The notes below the pieces were generated by a model. The model did not search any database, was not told where the DNA came from, and saw only the letters and a program-made list of their open reading frames with translations. DNA of 63,315 nt, the filler included, from Psammoneis japonica (taxonomy: Eukaryota): assembly GCA_008632985.1 (NCBI GenBank). It is 3 parts of 3 records of this genome, joined end to end, with 100 filler letters (N's around TTAATTAATTAA, not from the genome) between each part and the next. Parts side by side here need not be neighbours in the genome. Positions count along the whole stretch, not along the records: positions 1 to 21,993 come from QPGO01000460.1; positions 22,094 to 42,675 come from QPGO01000446.1; 1 more part is not named here. One strand, written 5' to 3'. The position numbers and the translations under genes were made by a program. Positions 10,759 to 22,734 of the stretch are shown here, piece by piece; within the stretch, counting starts at the first letter, position 1, and every line of letters begins with the position of its first letter.

Positions 10759-13700
10759 TGAACAAATGCTGGCACACTGTCACAAACATGGGCAGCTCAT
10801 GTGCTGTTGGTGATTGGCCCACTGTCGCTTGTTTGGTGGTCCCAGCAGCGCAACATCTCACAGCTCTAGAACCTGTTGATGCTGTCCAACACTCTGTCTT
10901 GTCCTGTGCCCAGTTCTTGGCTGTCATGGTGGCATTTGTTCACTTTGTCAGAGCCAATGCGCTGTGATGTTCATCGTCTGGAACGGGCATCGCAAACAGC
11001 GCAACGCATGTTGCAACACATCGATTTTTGTGGCAAGAGCCATGTTGGTCCCATGGTTGCTCGCGCAATCGCTGAGTCTTTTGCACATGCCAACATTCAT
11101 GGATGTGAACGACACGCTCTTGCAGACCAGAGCTGTGATCCGTTGGACATGACGTCAGTGGACGGAATGTTTGATCACGTGGATGGAACATGTTGGCTGA
11201 GACATGCAAACATCTGTGATGAAGACAACACAATGATTTGTGTGCTGAGGTCTGTCAATTGACTGTGCGCATTTGTTTGACCAAAGTGCACTGTCAAATG
11301 GTTTGGACACACTGCACATGTGGGTGCATGTCTGTTGGAAATTGTTGCTCAGGAGTGTCTTGTGCGTTGTGGATGCAATGTGCAGATGCGCACCTGCACA
11401 GCCGGTCAAGGTTTTGCTGCTGTTCAGGACTTGGAACAGGCCCCTTTGGCAGAGATTGCTGCTGTGACTGAGGGCATGGTGAAAAGCGTGGATGCCACCG
11501 CCAACCCTCAAGTCCACTTCCCACACCTGGTGAATCGCAAGTTCAAGGCACTGCGCACATGGATTGACTGCCACAGAGCCCGAAACCAACAGCCGACTGC
11601 TGCTCTCTTTGCTGGTGACGTCATTGGGACATGGACGGCACGTCTCACAGAACTGGAACAATTCAAGTCAGCGGACTTGGACGATGTGTCGGCTGCCAAG
11701 ACGGCCATGGAACTCAAGAATCTGCATGGCTGGCCTGCCTTCCAAGAGTTGCTGGAGAGTGAGCCACGCCATCACCATTTTGCCATTGCCGGCACACCCC
11801 TTGTCTGCCTGGCTGGGGAGCATGAAGACGCCACTGCCAAAATGTTGGCTGCCACCTGCTCTGCCATTGACGAAGACCTCATTGCCACCACTCGACTTGC
11901 AGGAGCTCAGCACACACAGGACAGGCAATGCCTGTGTGATCTCTTGAAGAAGCCAGTGACAGGGGGGGGGCGGGTGGGCTTTTGTCAAACCTTCCAATCA
12001 CTGCCACAATGGTTGCACTGCCTTCTTTGCACTCAAGAGGCAGGCGGAAGGCTCGGCTGCTGCCACCACCCAAAAAAACTGTGCCTGTGCACAGATTGCT
12101 GCCGCAAAGTGCACCGGATGGGGTTGTTTTACTTTCGACCAGCACGCTCAACGCCATCAGAAAGCTCACAAGAAGGTCTCTGACTTTCTCAAGGGTGTCT
12201 CCGACCCTGGGTTGGAGACTGGCAAGAGTGCAGTGGATGGAGACCCAACAAAGCCAGTGGATTTCGAAGCATGCCAGCAGCGTGTGGAGACTCTGGCAGA
12301 AAATGCTGAGAACTGCAACGCTGATGCTTGCGGAATCGCACCCGTCCAACGCCGCAACAACTGGTGCAGAAACCCTGGATGCAAGCACCAACCAAAAAAG
12401 GACAAGCCCAGGATCAGGGCAGGCCACTGCCCCATTGAAGAGTGGAGTGCTCTTGATGGTCCTGGGCAAGAGCAAGTCAAGAAGCTCTGTGAGGCCAAAA
12501 AAGTCAAGAAGAAATGCAAAGCAGCAGCTGCATCTTCAGATGCTGAGTCGGTTGATGTCGAAACTTGCGATGTTAAAAAGGTGGCTGTTGCCGAGCCTGA
12601 ACCCAAACCTGCTGATGAACAAAAGGACTCCAAAGAGTCGGGCAAACCTGCTGCCAATGCAGGCAAGCAGCTCAGACGCAGCGCCCACAAGAAACCTCAG
12701 AAAGAGGCATGAACAGCTGCTCCAGCACCAAAAAGCACAGAGCCGACTGTTGCTGGACCTGCTGGCACTGTGCATTTGTCTGGGCAATTCTCAAAGGATG
12801 TGTGTGTCTCTTTGTCATCTGCTGGACATTCAGATGGTGAAGCAACCAATGACTTGGACTCGCGTGCTGATGCGTGTGCTGTTGGGTCCAATTTTGCAAT
12901 GCACTCTGACATCGACCACACTGTCATGGTGCACCCTTGCTCCGAAGAGCATGCGCCAATGAAAAACATTCCCATTTGCATGGCTGCTGCTGTGTGGGTT
13001 GATCCAACTGATGGACAACCACACCTGCTGTCAGTCCATGAGGCCATGTGTTTTGGGGACAGGATGACTGACACTCTGCTGTGCCCCAACCAACTGCAAG
13101 CAAATGGACTGACTGCCCACGACACCCCTCGCCAGTTTGATTCTGACAGCGCACACTCTGTTGCTTTCCCTGACTCGAAGATCAGTGTGCCATTGCACAT
13201 GCGAGGTGTTGCTTCAGTTTTTGACTCACACAAGCCGACAAAGGAAGATCTGGAGGACCTTCCCCAGCTGGAACTCACATCACCCCTGAGATGGGAGCCT
13301 TCTGCTGATGCCATGGCACGCTGAATGCAAACCAAAGTGCGGCTCCCACAAAAAGAAAAAAGAAGTCATGACACGAGGACAGCCAATTGGCTGCCTTTGC
13401 ATTGTTGGCAATGATCGATTCTCGCGCAATTCCATGCATTCCTTGTGGCCACAATTCTGCCTTTGTTTCACGGCTGCACCCTCTGCGTGTTTTTCCGCAC
13501 GCGCTCCTTTGTCGACATGCCATTGTTCCATGATCAGCGACAATCTCATGCAGTGGAAAACGAATTGCGTCCAGCTCTCTTGGCTCAATTGCTTGACGTT
13601 CTTCTTGACATTTTTTGTTCTCACTTGCAAAGTTTCCACACAGGTTTCAGTGCAAATTCTGTGTGTTCTGCAAGTCATTTCAGATGAACGACTTGTCAAA

Positions 13701-16037
13701 CTGCCGATTGCTCTCTCTCCATGCCTCTCAAGTGTCAACGACCCCCCTTCTCTCTGTTGTCCATTCAAGTTTCCTGTGTCATGTGGCGAACATCTTCCTG
13801 TCATTGTTCCTTGCAGAAGTTTGAAGAAGAGACCAGCTCAGTGTGCGTTGGCCAACCTTCCGTGTGCCGACAAGTCCACACAAGTTTCAGCACAAGTTCT
13901 GCGCATCAAGGAAACATTTTCAAATGGCCGATCTCCCAATCTCTCAACTGCTCTCTGTCCACACCTGCCAAGCTCCAAAGACCCCCCCTCTGCCTGCTGT
14001 CCTTTTAAGTTCTCTGCTTTATGCAGCGAACACCCTTCCATCTTTGCTGCTTCCAGAAGTGTGAATTCGAGATCAACTCGGCTTGATTTGGATCTTTGCC
14101 TGTTGCCAATGCTTCCTGCCAAGTTCCTGTGCAAGACTCAGCACAAGTTCTACGTGTCATGAAGACATTTTCTGACGGCCTGTTTTCCGATCATCCGATG
14201 GCTCTCCATCTGCACCTGCCAAGCTCCAATGACCCCCCCTTTCCTCAGTGCCTTTTCAAGTTCTTTGCTCTGTGTGGTGAACTCCTTTTTGTTGTTGCTG
14301 CCACCAGAAGTTTGACTTTGAGACCAACTCGGTGGTTGGTGATGTTTTGGTCCCTGTTTGTGAAATTTACGGTGTTTGCTCTGTTTCAGATCCCTTCTCA
14401 CTTTGGAATGTTCCAGCACGGCTTGCTTCAGTGGAATGATCAGATCCAGCCAGAAGCAAAGAGCCATTCCATTGCTGTGGTTTCAAGTGCTTTGAAGGTG
14501 CCAAATCAATTTGCTGTTGCTGTCACAATTCTGCCTTTGTTTCACGGCCATGCCCTCCACGTGGTTTTCTGTGCAAGCTCTGGCGCAGATGTTGCCTTTT
14601 TCTGATGGTGCAATGACGGCTCTCACCTGCCTGTTCAGACGTGTTCCTTTGTCGACATGCCATTGTTCTGTGATCATTGACAATCTTGTGCAGTGGAGAA
14701 CGAATTGCACCCAGCTCTCTTGGCTCAATCGCTCGACGTTTTTCTTGGTGTTTTTTGTTCTCGCATGCAAAGTTTCCACACAGGTCTCAGTGCAAATTCC
14801 GCGTGTTTTGCAAGTCATTTCAACGCCTTGAGCTCAGGGCATGGGCCTGAGCTGGATGGCTCACCTGAGTTGAGTGCCAAAATGGCCAACTGCTGCCAAG
14901 GCCTTGTTGGTGTGCTGCGATGGACAGTTGAGCTGAGGCGAGTGGACATTTTTGTCGCTTCCTCACTCATGTCCTCCTGCTTGGCAGCACCACGAGTTCA
15001 ACACCTGGGTGAGGTGCTCCATGTCTTTGCATGCTTGAAGGCTCGCTCCAAGTCTGCGCCAGTGTTCGACAACGCTGAGCCGGTCTTTGACGAGAGCAGT
15101 TTTGCCAAGTGCAACTGGGGAGAACATTGTCCTGGTGCGGCTGAACCAACTCCGCCGAACATGCCAGAAGCACGTGGGAACAGCCTGGTGCGGCTGAACC
15201 AATTCCGCCGAACATGCCAGAAGCACGTGGGAACAGCATGACTGCTGCTTGCTTTGTTGGCGCTGATCATGCCAGATGCTGTGTGACGTGCAGGCCCCAC
15301 ACTGGGATCCCAACATTCAACAACGAGCTCCCATCTTGTGTTGCTCTGAGTGGCAGAATGCCATGGAATCATCCACTTTTGGGTCGGAGTTCATGGCAAT
15401 GAAGACTGCAAGTGGAGCAAATTGAAGCCTTGCATTGCAAGCTGCGGATGCTGGGAATCCCCATGGATGGAGCCACTGATGTCGTCTGCGACAATGAAGC
15501 TGTCTTCAAGAACTCAACTGAGCCGGAGTCTGCTTTGAAGAAGAAGCACAGTGCGGTTGCCTGTCACAGGACTCATGAAGCACAAGCCGCTGGAACAGTG
15601 CGCATTGCTTGGAAAGATGGGTGCACGAATTTGGCGGACATGCTGACCAAGTTTGTTGCCTGGGCTGAAGCTCCGGGAAATTGCAAGCCATGTCCTGTGG
15701 CAAGCCCCAAAAGGGGACAAACAGAATGGGTTTGCCGTGCATGTGCGGCTTTTCTCATCCCCAAATGAAAATGATGCCCTGGAGCAGGGCAGCATCAGGT
15801 TGCACTTGTCTGTCAATCTGGCCCAAGTGGAGCCAGCATCAGTTCAAGGGGGCTGAACAAATGCTGGCACACTGTCACGAATGCTGGCAATTCACACACC
15901 ATTGGCAATTGGTCCACTGTCACTCATTTGGTGGTCCCAGCAGCATGACATCTCACAACTGTGGAACCTGCTGATGCTGTCCAACACTCTGTCTTGTCTC
16001 ACACCCAATTCTTGGCTGTCATGACAGCGTTTGTTCA
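10759..16037 (+). mobile_element. copia copy B: 5' LTR, gag, protease, same nested insert (13322-14821), internal deletion of IN and most of RT, RH, PPT, truncated 3' LTR (15854-16037)
   Basis: 11815 onward is near-identical to position 1 onward; 14822-16037 is near-identical to 6693-7906; gag-like VHFPHLVNRKFKALRTWIDC after the LTR. 5' LTR end not determined. Confidence 0.92.
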
Positions 16038-16893
16038 ATCGCAAAGGCCAAAAAATCACAAAGGGCACAAAATGGCCAAGGGTGCAAAATCACAAAGGGT
16101 GCAAAATCACAAAGGGCGCAAAATGGCGGAAAAGGGTGCAAAATCACAAAGGGCGCAAAATGGCCAAGGGCACAAAATCACAAAGGGTGCACAGTCACAA
16201 AGGGTGCAAAATGGCAGCAAAGGGTGCAAAATCACAAAGGGTGCAAAATGGCAGCAAAGGGTGCAAAATCACACAGGGTGCAAAATGGCCAAGGGCGCAA
16301 AATCACAAAGGGTGCAAAATGGCCAAGGGTGCAAAATCACAGAGGGTGCAAAATCACAAAGGGTGCAAAATGGTGGCAAAGGGTGCAAAATCACAAAGGG
16401 TGCAAAATCGCAAAGGGTGCAAAATCACAAAGGGAGCAAAATGGCCAAGGGCGCACAATCACAAAGGGCGCAAAATGGCAGCAAAGGGTGCAAAATCACA
16501 AAGGGTGCAAAATGGCGGCAAAGGGTGCAAAATCACAAAGGGTGCAAAATGGCCAAGGGTGCAAAATCACAAAGGGCGGAAAATGGCAGCAAAGGGCTCA
16601 AAATCACAAAGGGTGCAAAATGGCCAAGGGTGCAAAATCACAAAGGGTGCAAAATCACAAAGGGTGCAAAATGGCGGCAAAGGGTGCAAAATCACAAAGG
16701 GTGCAAAATCGCAAAGGGTGCAAAATCACAAAGGGAGCAAAATGACCAAGGGCACAAAATCACAAAGGGAGCAAAATGGCCAAGGGCACAAAAGGGACAA
16801 GGGCACAAAATCACAAAGGGTGCAAAATTGCAATGGGTGCAAAATGGCGGCAAAGGGTGCAAAATCACAAATGGCACAAAATGACCAAGGGCT
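16038..16893 (+). repeat. Satellite array, second large block
   Basis: Same units; opens with the same aatcgcaaaggccaaaaaatcac junction as 7907. Confidence 0.97.
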
Positions 16894-19800
16894 TGGGTGA
16901 GTTGGTGCAGTGCGGGTGCTTTTGTGATGGAGAAAGTTTGTGAAATCCACAAAGCAGTTGTTGTGTGAGTTTGAGGATGAGTTTCCTGTGCGCGGGAATG
17001 GTTTGAAATGAAATGAATGACGAGTTGTGACAGGTTCACAACTGGACAAAATTGTGGAATTGCAAAAGTGATTGTTGCGCAAATGGAAAGATTTTGAAAG
17101 GCAAATGTTTGATGCATTGAACAGAGCTGCAAAACAAGATGCCTGTGCAATGCTTGCAGATGAAATGAGCGCACTTTTTTTTGGCTTTTGGATGGCAAGT
17201 GGACATGTGCAAATTGAGCGCAGTTGAAACCAAAACAAATTTTTCTGATTTTTGCAATGGGAGATTGACACAGGAACAAACAAGAATGGCTGCATGACAG
17301 ACACCCCTGGATTGCCAGTTGATGACCTGCTTGCAAAGGAGCAACGGACAAAAACCGTTCTTGTGGCCTTCTTTGACAACTGGGCTGTCCATGAAACTTT
17401 TGAAGATCTGCGTGCATTTGCTCCAAAGAGTCAGTTTGAAATGCTCTCCACCAACTCCAGCACCATTGTTGCCATGAATGTGCTCAATTACACTGTCATG
17501 GGCAACTTTGTCATCATCAGTCAAGAGAAAATGGGGAATGAATGCTGCCAGCTGCGTGTGTTTGTTGACTCGACCATGGTTAAATTGATTGAACCAAAGC
17601 TGAGGGTGAAGCTTCTTTTGTCTGTTTGGAAGCAAAGTCCACTCAAATTGTCCTGAAGAAGAAGTTCCCAGCACAAGCGTTGTTGACCATTTTGCCATTG
17701 CTTCCAACTTCGACCCAAGGTTGAGTGCCCACAATCATGGGAGCTCCCACACTTGCAAGGTGAGACCCAAAAGTCTGTTGCACAAGGGCATTGAGATGAG
17801 TGTTGGTGGAGTCAATCCAAGATTGGAGTGGCACTGAAGAAGAGGTTCCCAGCGCAAGTGTTGTTGACCATTTCACCATTGCTTCCAACTGCAACCCAAT
17901 GCTGAGTGCCCACAATCTTGGGAACTCCCACACTTGCAAGGTGAGACCCAAAAGTCTGTTGCACAAGGGCATTGAGATGAATGTTGGTGGAGTCAAAAGT
18001 GACATTGAGAGCAAGGAGGTCACTGTTGGCAACAGTTGGGCATTGCAATGGATCCAAGAGGGCTTTGATGTCCAGGAACGCAGAGATCTGGCCATCTTCT
18101 GTCCTGACATTTTCATTGCACACAGCTGCAGAGATGCCAAATGGGTTGCAAGCTGTGCTGCAAGCAAGAGAAGCAAGCAATGTGGCCTTGCAAGATGGCT
18201 CCTGACCATTTGTGTGGATGCCACATGCGACAATGCCCAACAGCCCAGGCACTTGGACAGGAGGTGGAGGAACATGGGCTGTGTGCTGCCTCTGTTCTGG
18301 ACAGAACATCAGAGAGGCAAAAAAGGGTGCATGAGCCACAGGGCATTGTTGCCTGCCTTGCAGTTCTTGGTGCACTCCTTCATTTGTTGGGAGCACACCT
18401 CTCTGACTGAAATGCAGGTTTGCTCATTGGTGCTCCACATTTGTCACTCATTTCCACCCTTGCTCAGACGTGCTCCAGGTCCAGGTGGGACCTCGCACCA
18501 CTGAACTGTGACATCGACAGTTTTTTGAATCGCGCAGCATGTCGCGCACGTGCATTTCTACGTGATTTTGGCAAAATTTTGTGTCATTTTACAGTGCAAT
18601 TGTCAGGCAATCCATTCAACAACTTTCAATGTTTTTTTTCTTCTGCGCCATTCTCGAGTGTCTCAAGAATGGCACAGGGCAGGCAAATCATCCAGAGCTT
18701 TGAGCACTGACAGAGACATGTGCACTGCAAACTTGGCCACTCATTTCGTGTCGAAGACAAGCATGTCCATTGACCAAACACAAACCACAGAGCTCGTCGC
18801 ATGCAGAATTCCATGGGGCAAATGTCACAAAAAGCCCTGCCTGGGACTGGAGCCCATCCTCACTCATTGTTGTCTTCCACATTCCCACCTGAAACAAGAC
18901 AAAATTGTGCTGGACCGGCACATGCATGTTCTGCTCTCAGCAACTCCATCAAATTTTCACACTCTTTGTCACCACTGAGTGATGTCATTGAAATTTTCCG
19001 TTGAAATTGTTGCACGCAATGCTTTCATGTTGCACGTTGTCACATCATGTGCCTGTGCAGCAAAAACAGTGATCACACCACAAACGCTCACCCTGTTCTC
19101 AGCCAGTCAACTGCGCTGCAATCAGATTTGTCCTGCCTGTGTGCTGTCTCTGTGGAATTTCTGCCCTGTGAACTGGTTGCTTGGCTGGATGAAAACAAGA
19201 AAAAGGCACACCGGCCCAACCCAAATCAAACAGGAATTGCCACAATGCACTTGTTTTTTGTTCTCCTCCCCGAGCCCTTCTGGTCATTCCTTCCTGCTAA
19301 ATTGCCCTCATTTTCCGGGAATCACCCAAAAGGGCAAGGTGGCTCCCCCTTGCCCTTGCCACTTTTGGGAATCCCCAAATGGGCAAAACCAAACTGAGCT
19401 GTTGGTGCGCCATTGACAGGACAGGACAAGTTCTCCGCCCACCTTGGGTGCTCCGTTGGTTGGTCTCTTGCTCTCGCAGACATTGACATTCGCCAAGAAA
19501 GATCACCGGACACATTCCCCGCAGGTGCAAAATCTGGATCTGACAATTCTTTGGCTGACAAAAAAGACTCCATTTGTTCTGTGGAGACGGGTGGCACAGA
19601 ATCCTCTCTGGAGGTGATGATGCCCTTCTTGGGGGATGACAAGTTTTCTGACGATCATTTTGATGACAGCGGCCACTGCGATGACACTGACAAAAGCAAT
19701 GACAATGCCAAAAGCACCTGTGTTTCCTCTGGAAAATCCACTCATGCCAAGAAATGTGATGCATCATGCCCCACTTGCCACCCACTCTTCATCTTCTGTG

Positions 19801-21950
19801 TGCCATTTTCTGATCTGCTCTTTTTGTTCAATTTTGACAGCATTGAAGACTGACAAAGATGCGATTGTCTTCACAAGTGGCAATGGGGAACACCACATTG
19901 CAAAAATTTGTTTCTGGAGGACAGCAGAAGTGCAACGCAGGAGAAAGCTCTTTCTTTCCAAGGTTGACCGGACTCCTGGCCCCAACTTCCTGGTGCTGCC
20001 TCATTTGTGGTGCAATCCTGAGAAGGGATTGTGTCACTTTTTTGAGCAATGCCTTGCCATCAACAACACCGTGGGCCTCTCTCTTGGCTGCAGCTGATTC
20101 ATCAGGGAGCACTCTGGCCCCACGCATTTGCACAAGGGTGATTTGTCCTGTTGTCATCTAGAAAAAAATTCCCAGATGATGGTTGTCCATGGGAGCATGT
20201 GTCATTGAGATCCAAGGGCGATTTGATGCAGGATGCATTGGTGTTTCCTGCGTCGGCTGTGCTGAATCTTTGGTTGTCCCTTGCAACAACCCCAACACTC
20301 AACATTTGTCATGTCTTGGATGTTCATGGGTGTGCACATCTGGCCATTGTGGCAAGCTGTCAAACTGGATTCAACCGTTTTTTCCACATGGTCACCAAGC
20401 ATTTGGATGACTTCAGGTGTGCACCAGAGTTGGCTGCTCTGACACATTTCTGTCATGCCATCAATTTGTTTGCCTCAGCAACTGGCAACATTGGAGTCAC
20501 CCCATGCATGATGAACCCAAGCAAGGGCAACTTCATCTCTGCACAATGCACCGATCATGATGCAATTGCAGGCAACGATGAGGACCTTCTTGCCAATGAT
20601 GCAATGGGTGACCGTTTTGGCAGCAAGAGGAGATGCATTGATTCAGGAAACAAGGAAGAGCACCAGTGCATTGCATCAAGTAAAAAACTTGACAACTTGG
20701 TTGTGAACACAAGAGCTTGCAAAATGGCCACTGATGTGATGTCGTTGTTGAATTGGATCAACGAAAACACAGGAGCTGCGCACTTTTAACACTCTGTCAT
20801 CAAAAAGAAGGTTCAAGAATTGTGCAATGGCTGGTTTTGTGAAACTGACATCAACAAGTTCTGGCTGATGATCACTTCACAAGTGCGTGTTGGATGTGGC
20901 GTTGTTGTTTCGGGACACAACTTGGCTTGTCCAGTGACTCCTCTTGGTGCTGCAAAGCAGCTGGCTCACCTGACAAATGATGAAAGGGCCAGTGCACCAC
21001 GGGTTTTGTGCAACTCTTTTTCTGGAAACACAAGAGACCTCTCTTGATGTGTGAGACCAGTGCGTGTTTCATGGACGGGTTGCCGTTGCTCTGAAATTCT
21101 TGTCGGCAATGTGCAAACAGCCTTGTGTCACCACATGTTGACTCACACGCACTTGCGAGCTTGCAAGCAACAGAGTGAATGATGACTTTGGCCACCCCTG
21201 CTTCATCTTTGCATGTCCTGATGATTCTCGCTGGGCATTCATTGTTGGTTTCATCATCCATGTCAAAGCCGTTGGCTGCCCAATCAAGTCAGGCTCCATC
21301 TTTGGATCTGCACTGGAGACATGCACACGTGCACTCACCATTGCTCAGCCTCACTTCATTCCACAATTCAAATGTTTGCTGGCTGGGTTCAAGCTCTTGG
21401 TTTGCTTTGAGGAATGGATGGATTGGTTTCTTGCCTGATTCCTCGTTTGCCATCTTGTTTTTTCCAAAACAATCCGCGCAACAAACTTGGTCGAAATCCC
21501 CGCATTTGAAAACAAAGTGAGGCATCTTCCTTGTTGTGGTTGTGCTGGACGTGCCTTTTGCTGCTTTTTCACCATCAACACACTGACGCATCTTTGTTGG
21601 GCATCCAGCGTGTCAATGCAATTGTCAACAAGCATGGACTCACACACCCTTTTGCAAGTTTGGCAGGTGAAGTGTTCTTCTCCATGCTTCTGGACTGTCT
21701 CTGAAATTTTCTTTGCCTTGGTCTTCAAAGGTCTCTCTCCCATTGATGCACATGCTTGCGCTGGCCCACTCATGAACATTTGATTGAAGAGTGTGTGCAG
21801 CTGTGCATGATCAACAGTGGAGTCACCCTGAAAGAGGGTTGTGTCCATGCATGACACCACACATTTGGTGTGGAAAGCAAGTGCTTGGTGGTCCTGCTGC
21901 ATTTCCTTGGGAAGCATGCGTGAATGATGACAATGTGCGTGATGGCACAG
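16894..21950. mobile_element. TpA- and CpG-depleted relics of unidentified transposons; the minus-strand 20900-21950 part weakly resembles the C-terminus of Plavaka/CACTA-like transposases
   Basis: Mutational signature shared with the copia; minus-strand fragments ..ACLQCRSKDGA..DWA.. and CPARIIRT..VIIHS recall the Y-R-A...W-x-D-W / P-A-R-I pattern; 181-bp tandem duplication at 17653/17834. Family call is weak. Confidence 0.45.
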
Positions 21951-21993
21951 GGGCGCAAAATGGCCAAGGGCGCAAAATCACAAAGGGGTCAAA
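21950..21993 (+). repeat. Satellite units running into the scaffold gap
   Basis: gggcgcaaaatggccaagggcgcaaaatcacaaagggg. Confidence 0.9.
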
Positions 21994-22093
21994 NNNNNNN
22001 NNNNNNNNNNNNNNNNNNNNNNNNNNNNNNNNNNNNNTTAATTAATTAANNNNNNNNNNNNNNNNNNNNNNNNNNNNNNNNNNNNNNNNNNNN
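21994..22093. other. Artificial 100-bp scaffold gap/linker
   Basis: N run with central TTAATTAATTAA (stops in all frames); identical linker at 42676. Confidence 0.97.
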
Positions 22094-22272
22094 ACCGGGC
22101 TCGTTTCTTCTTCCTTCTCCTCCTTTTCTTCTTTCAGAGGCTCATCATTCTTCAGAGGAGGACAATCAGTAGGTTCGGTAGGTCCTTCACGAGCCTGTTT
22201 TGTTTCTCCCTCATTCTCATCGGTTGACCCCGTAGGAGGAACAGAAGTATCGCACCACCCAAAGAAAGACAT
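22094..22272 (-). CDS. 5' part of a hypothetical protein, truncated by the gap
   Basis: ATG at 22272, MSFFGWCDTS...EEKEEETSP open up to the Ns; normal TpA content. Confidence 0.45.
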
Positions 22273-22734
22273 GGCGATTGTTGGAAGTTGTAGGTAAGTT
22301 CGTAGGCACAAAAGATCTGTCGAATCTGTTGCAGTGACACACTTGTGATTACCTGTATCAAAGTGTTTTGGCAACAGAGCGGAAAGCCCTGTCGTTGATT
22401 TTTGGCGACAAGCGAAAAAGTGGCGATGAAATAGCCATCGCCGGTCAGTCGTGTAACTTTTTCTTACTAAATAGTCATATCATAAATAATCCTATGTTGA
22501 ATATATATAAAATCCTTAAAATGTTATATGTGCATGTATTATAAAACTATTCGTATAGCTAATACGCATAAACCACGCATATTCGACTGATCCGACCAAA
22601 ACTAATCATCACGGCCAAACCGCAGGACCAGAAAAAGAGGATCCAATACACGAGGTCCAGGTTTTATTTAGACTTTCCAGAAAAACCCAGCTTCCCTCAA
22701 CTAAACCTAAAATGTATCGTTTCGTCTGTGAATT

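Noticed and set aside
1..21993. Classical RIP or CpG methylation decay as the sole cause of the composition
   Set aside because: RIP increases TpA. CpG decay is present (CGA>TGA, CGT>CAT) but cannot convert Tyr codons to Cys/His.
21994..22093. TTAATTAATTAA palindrome (also 42720-42731)
   Set aside because: Identical motif centred in exactly 100-bp N gaps is an assembly linker; adjacency across it is not guaranteed.
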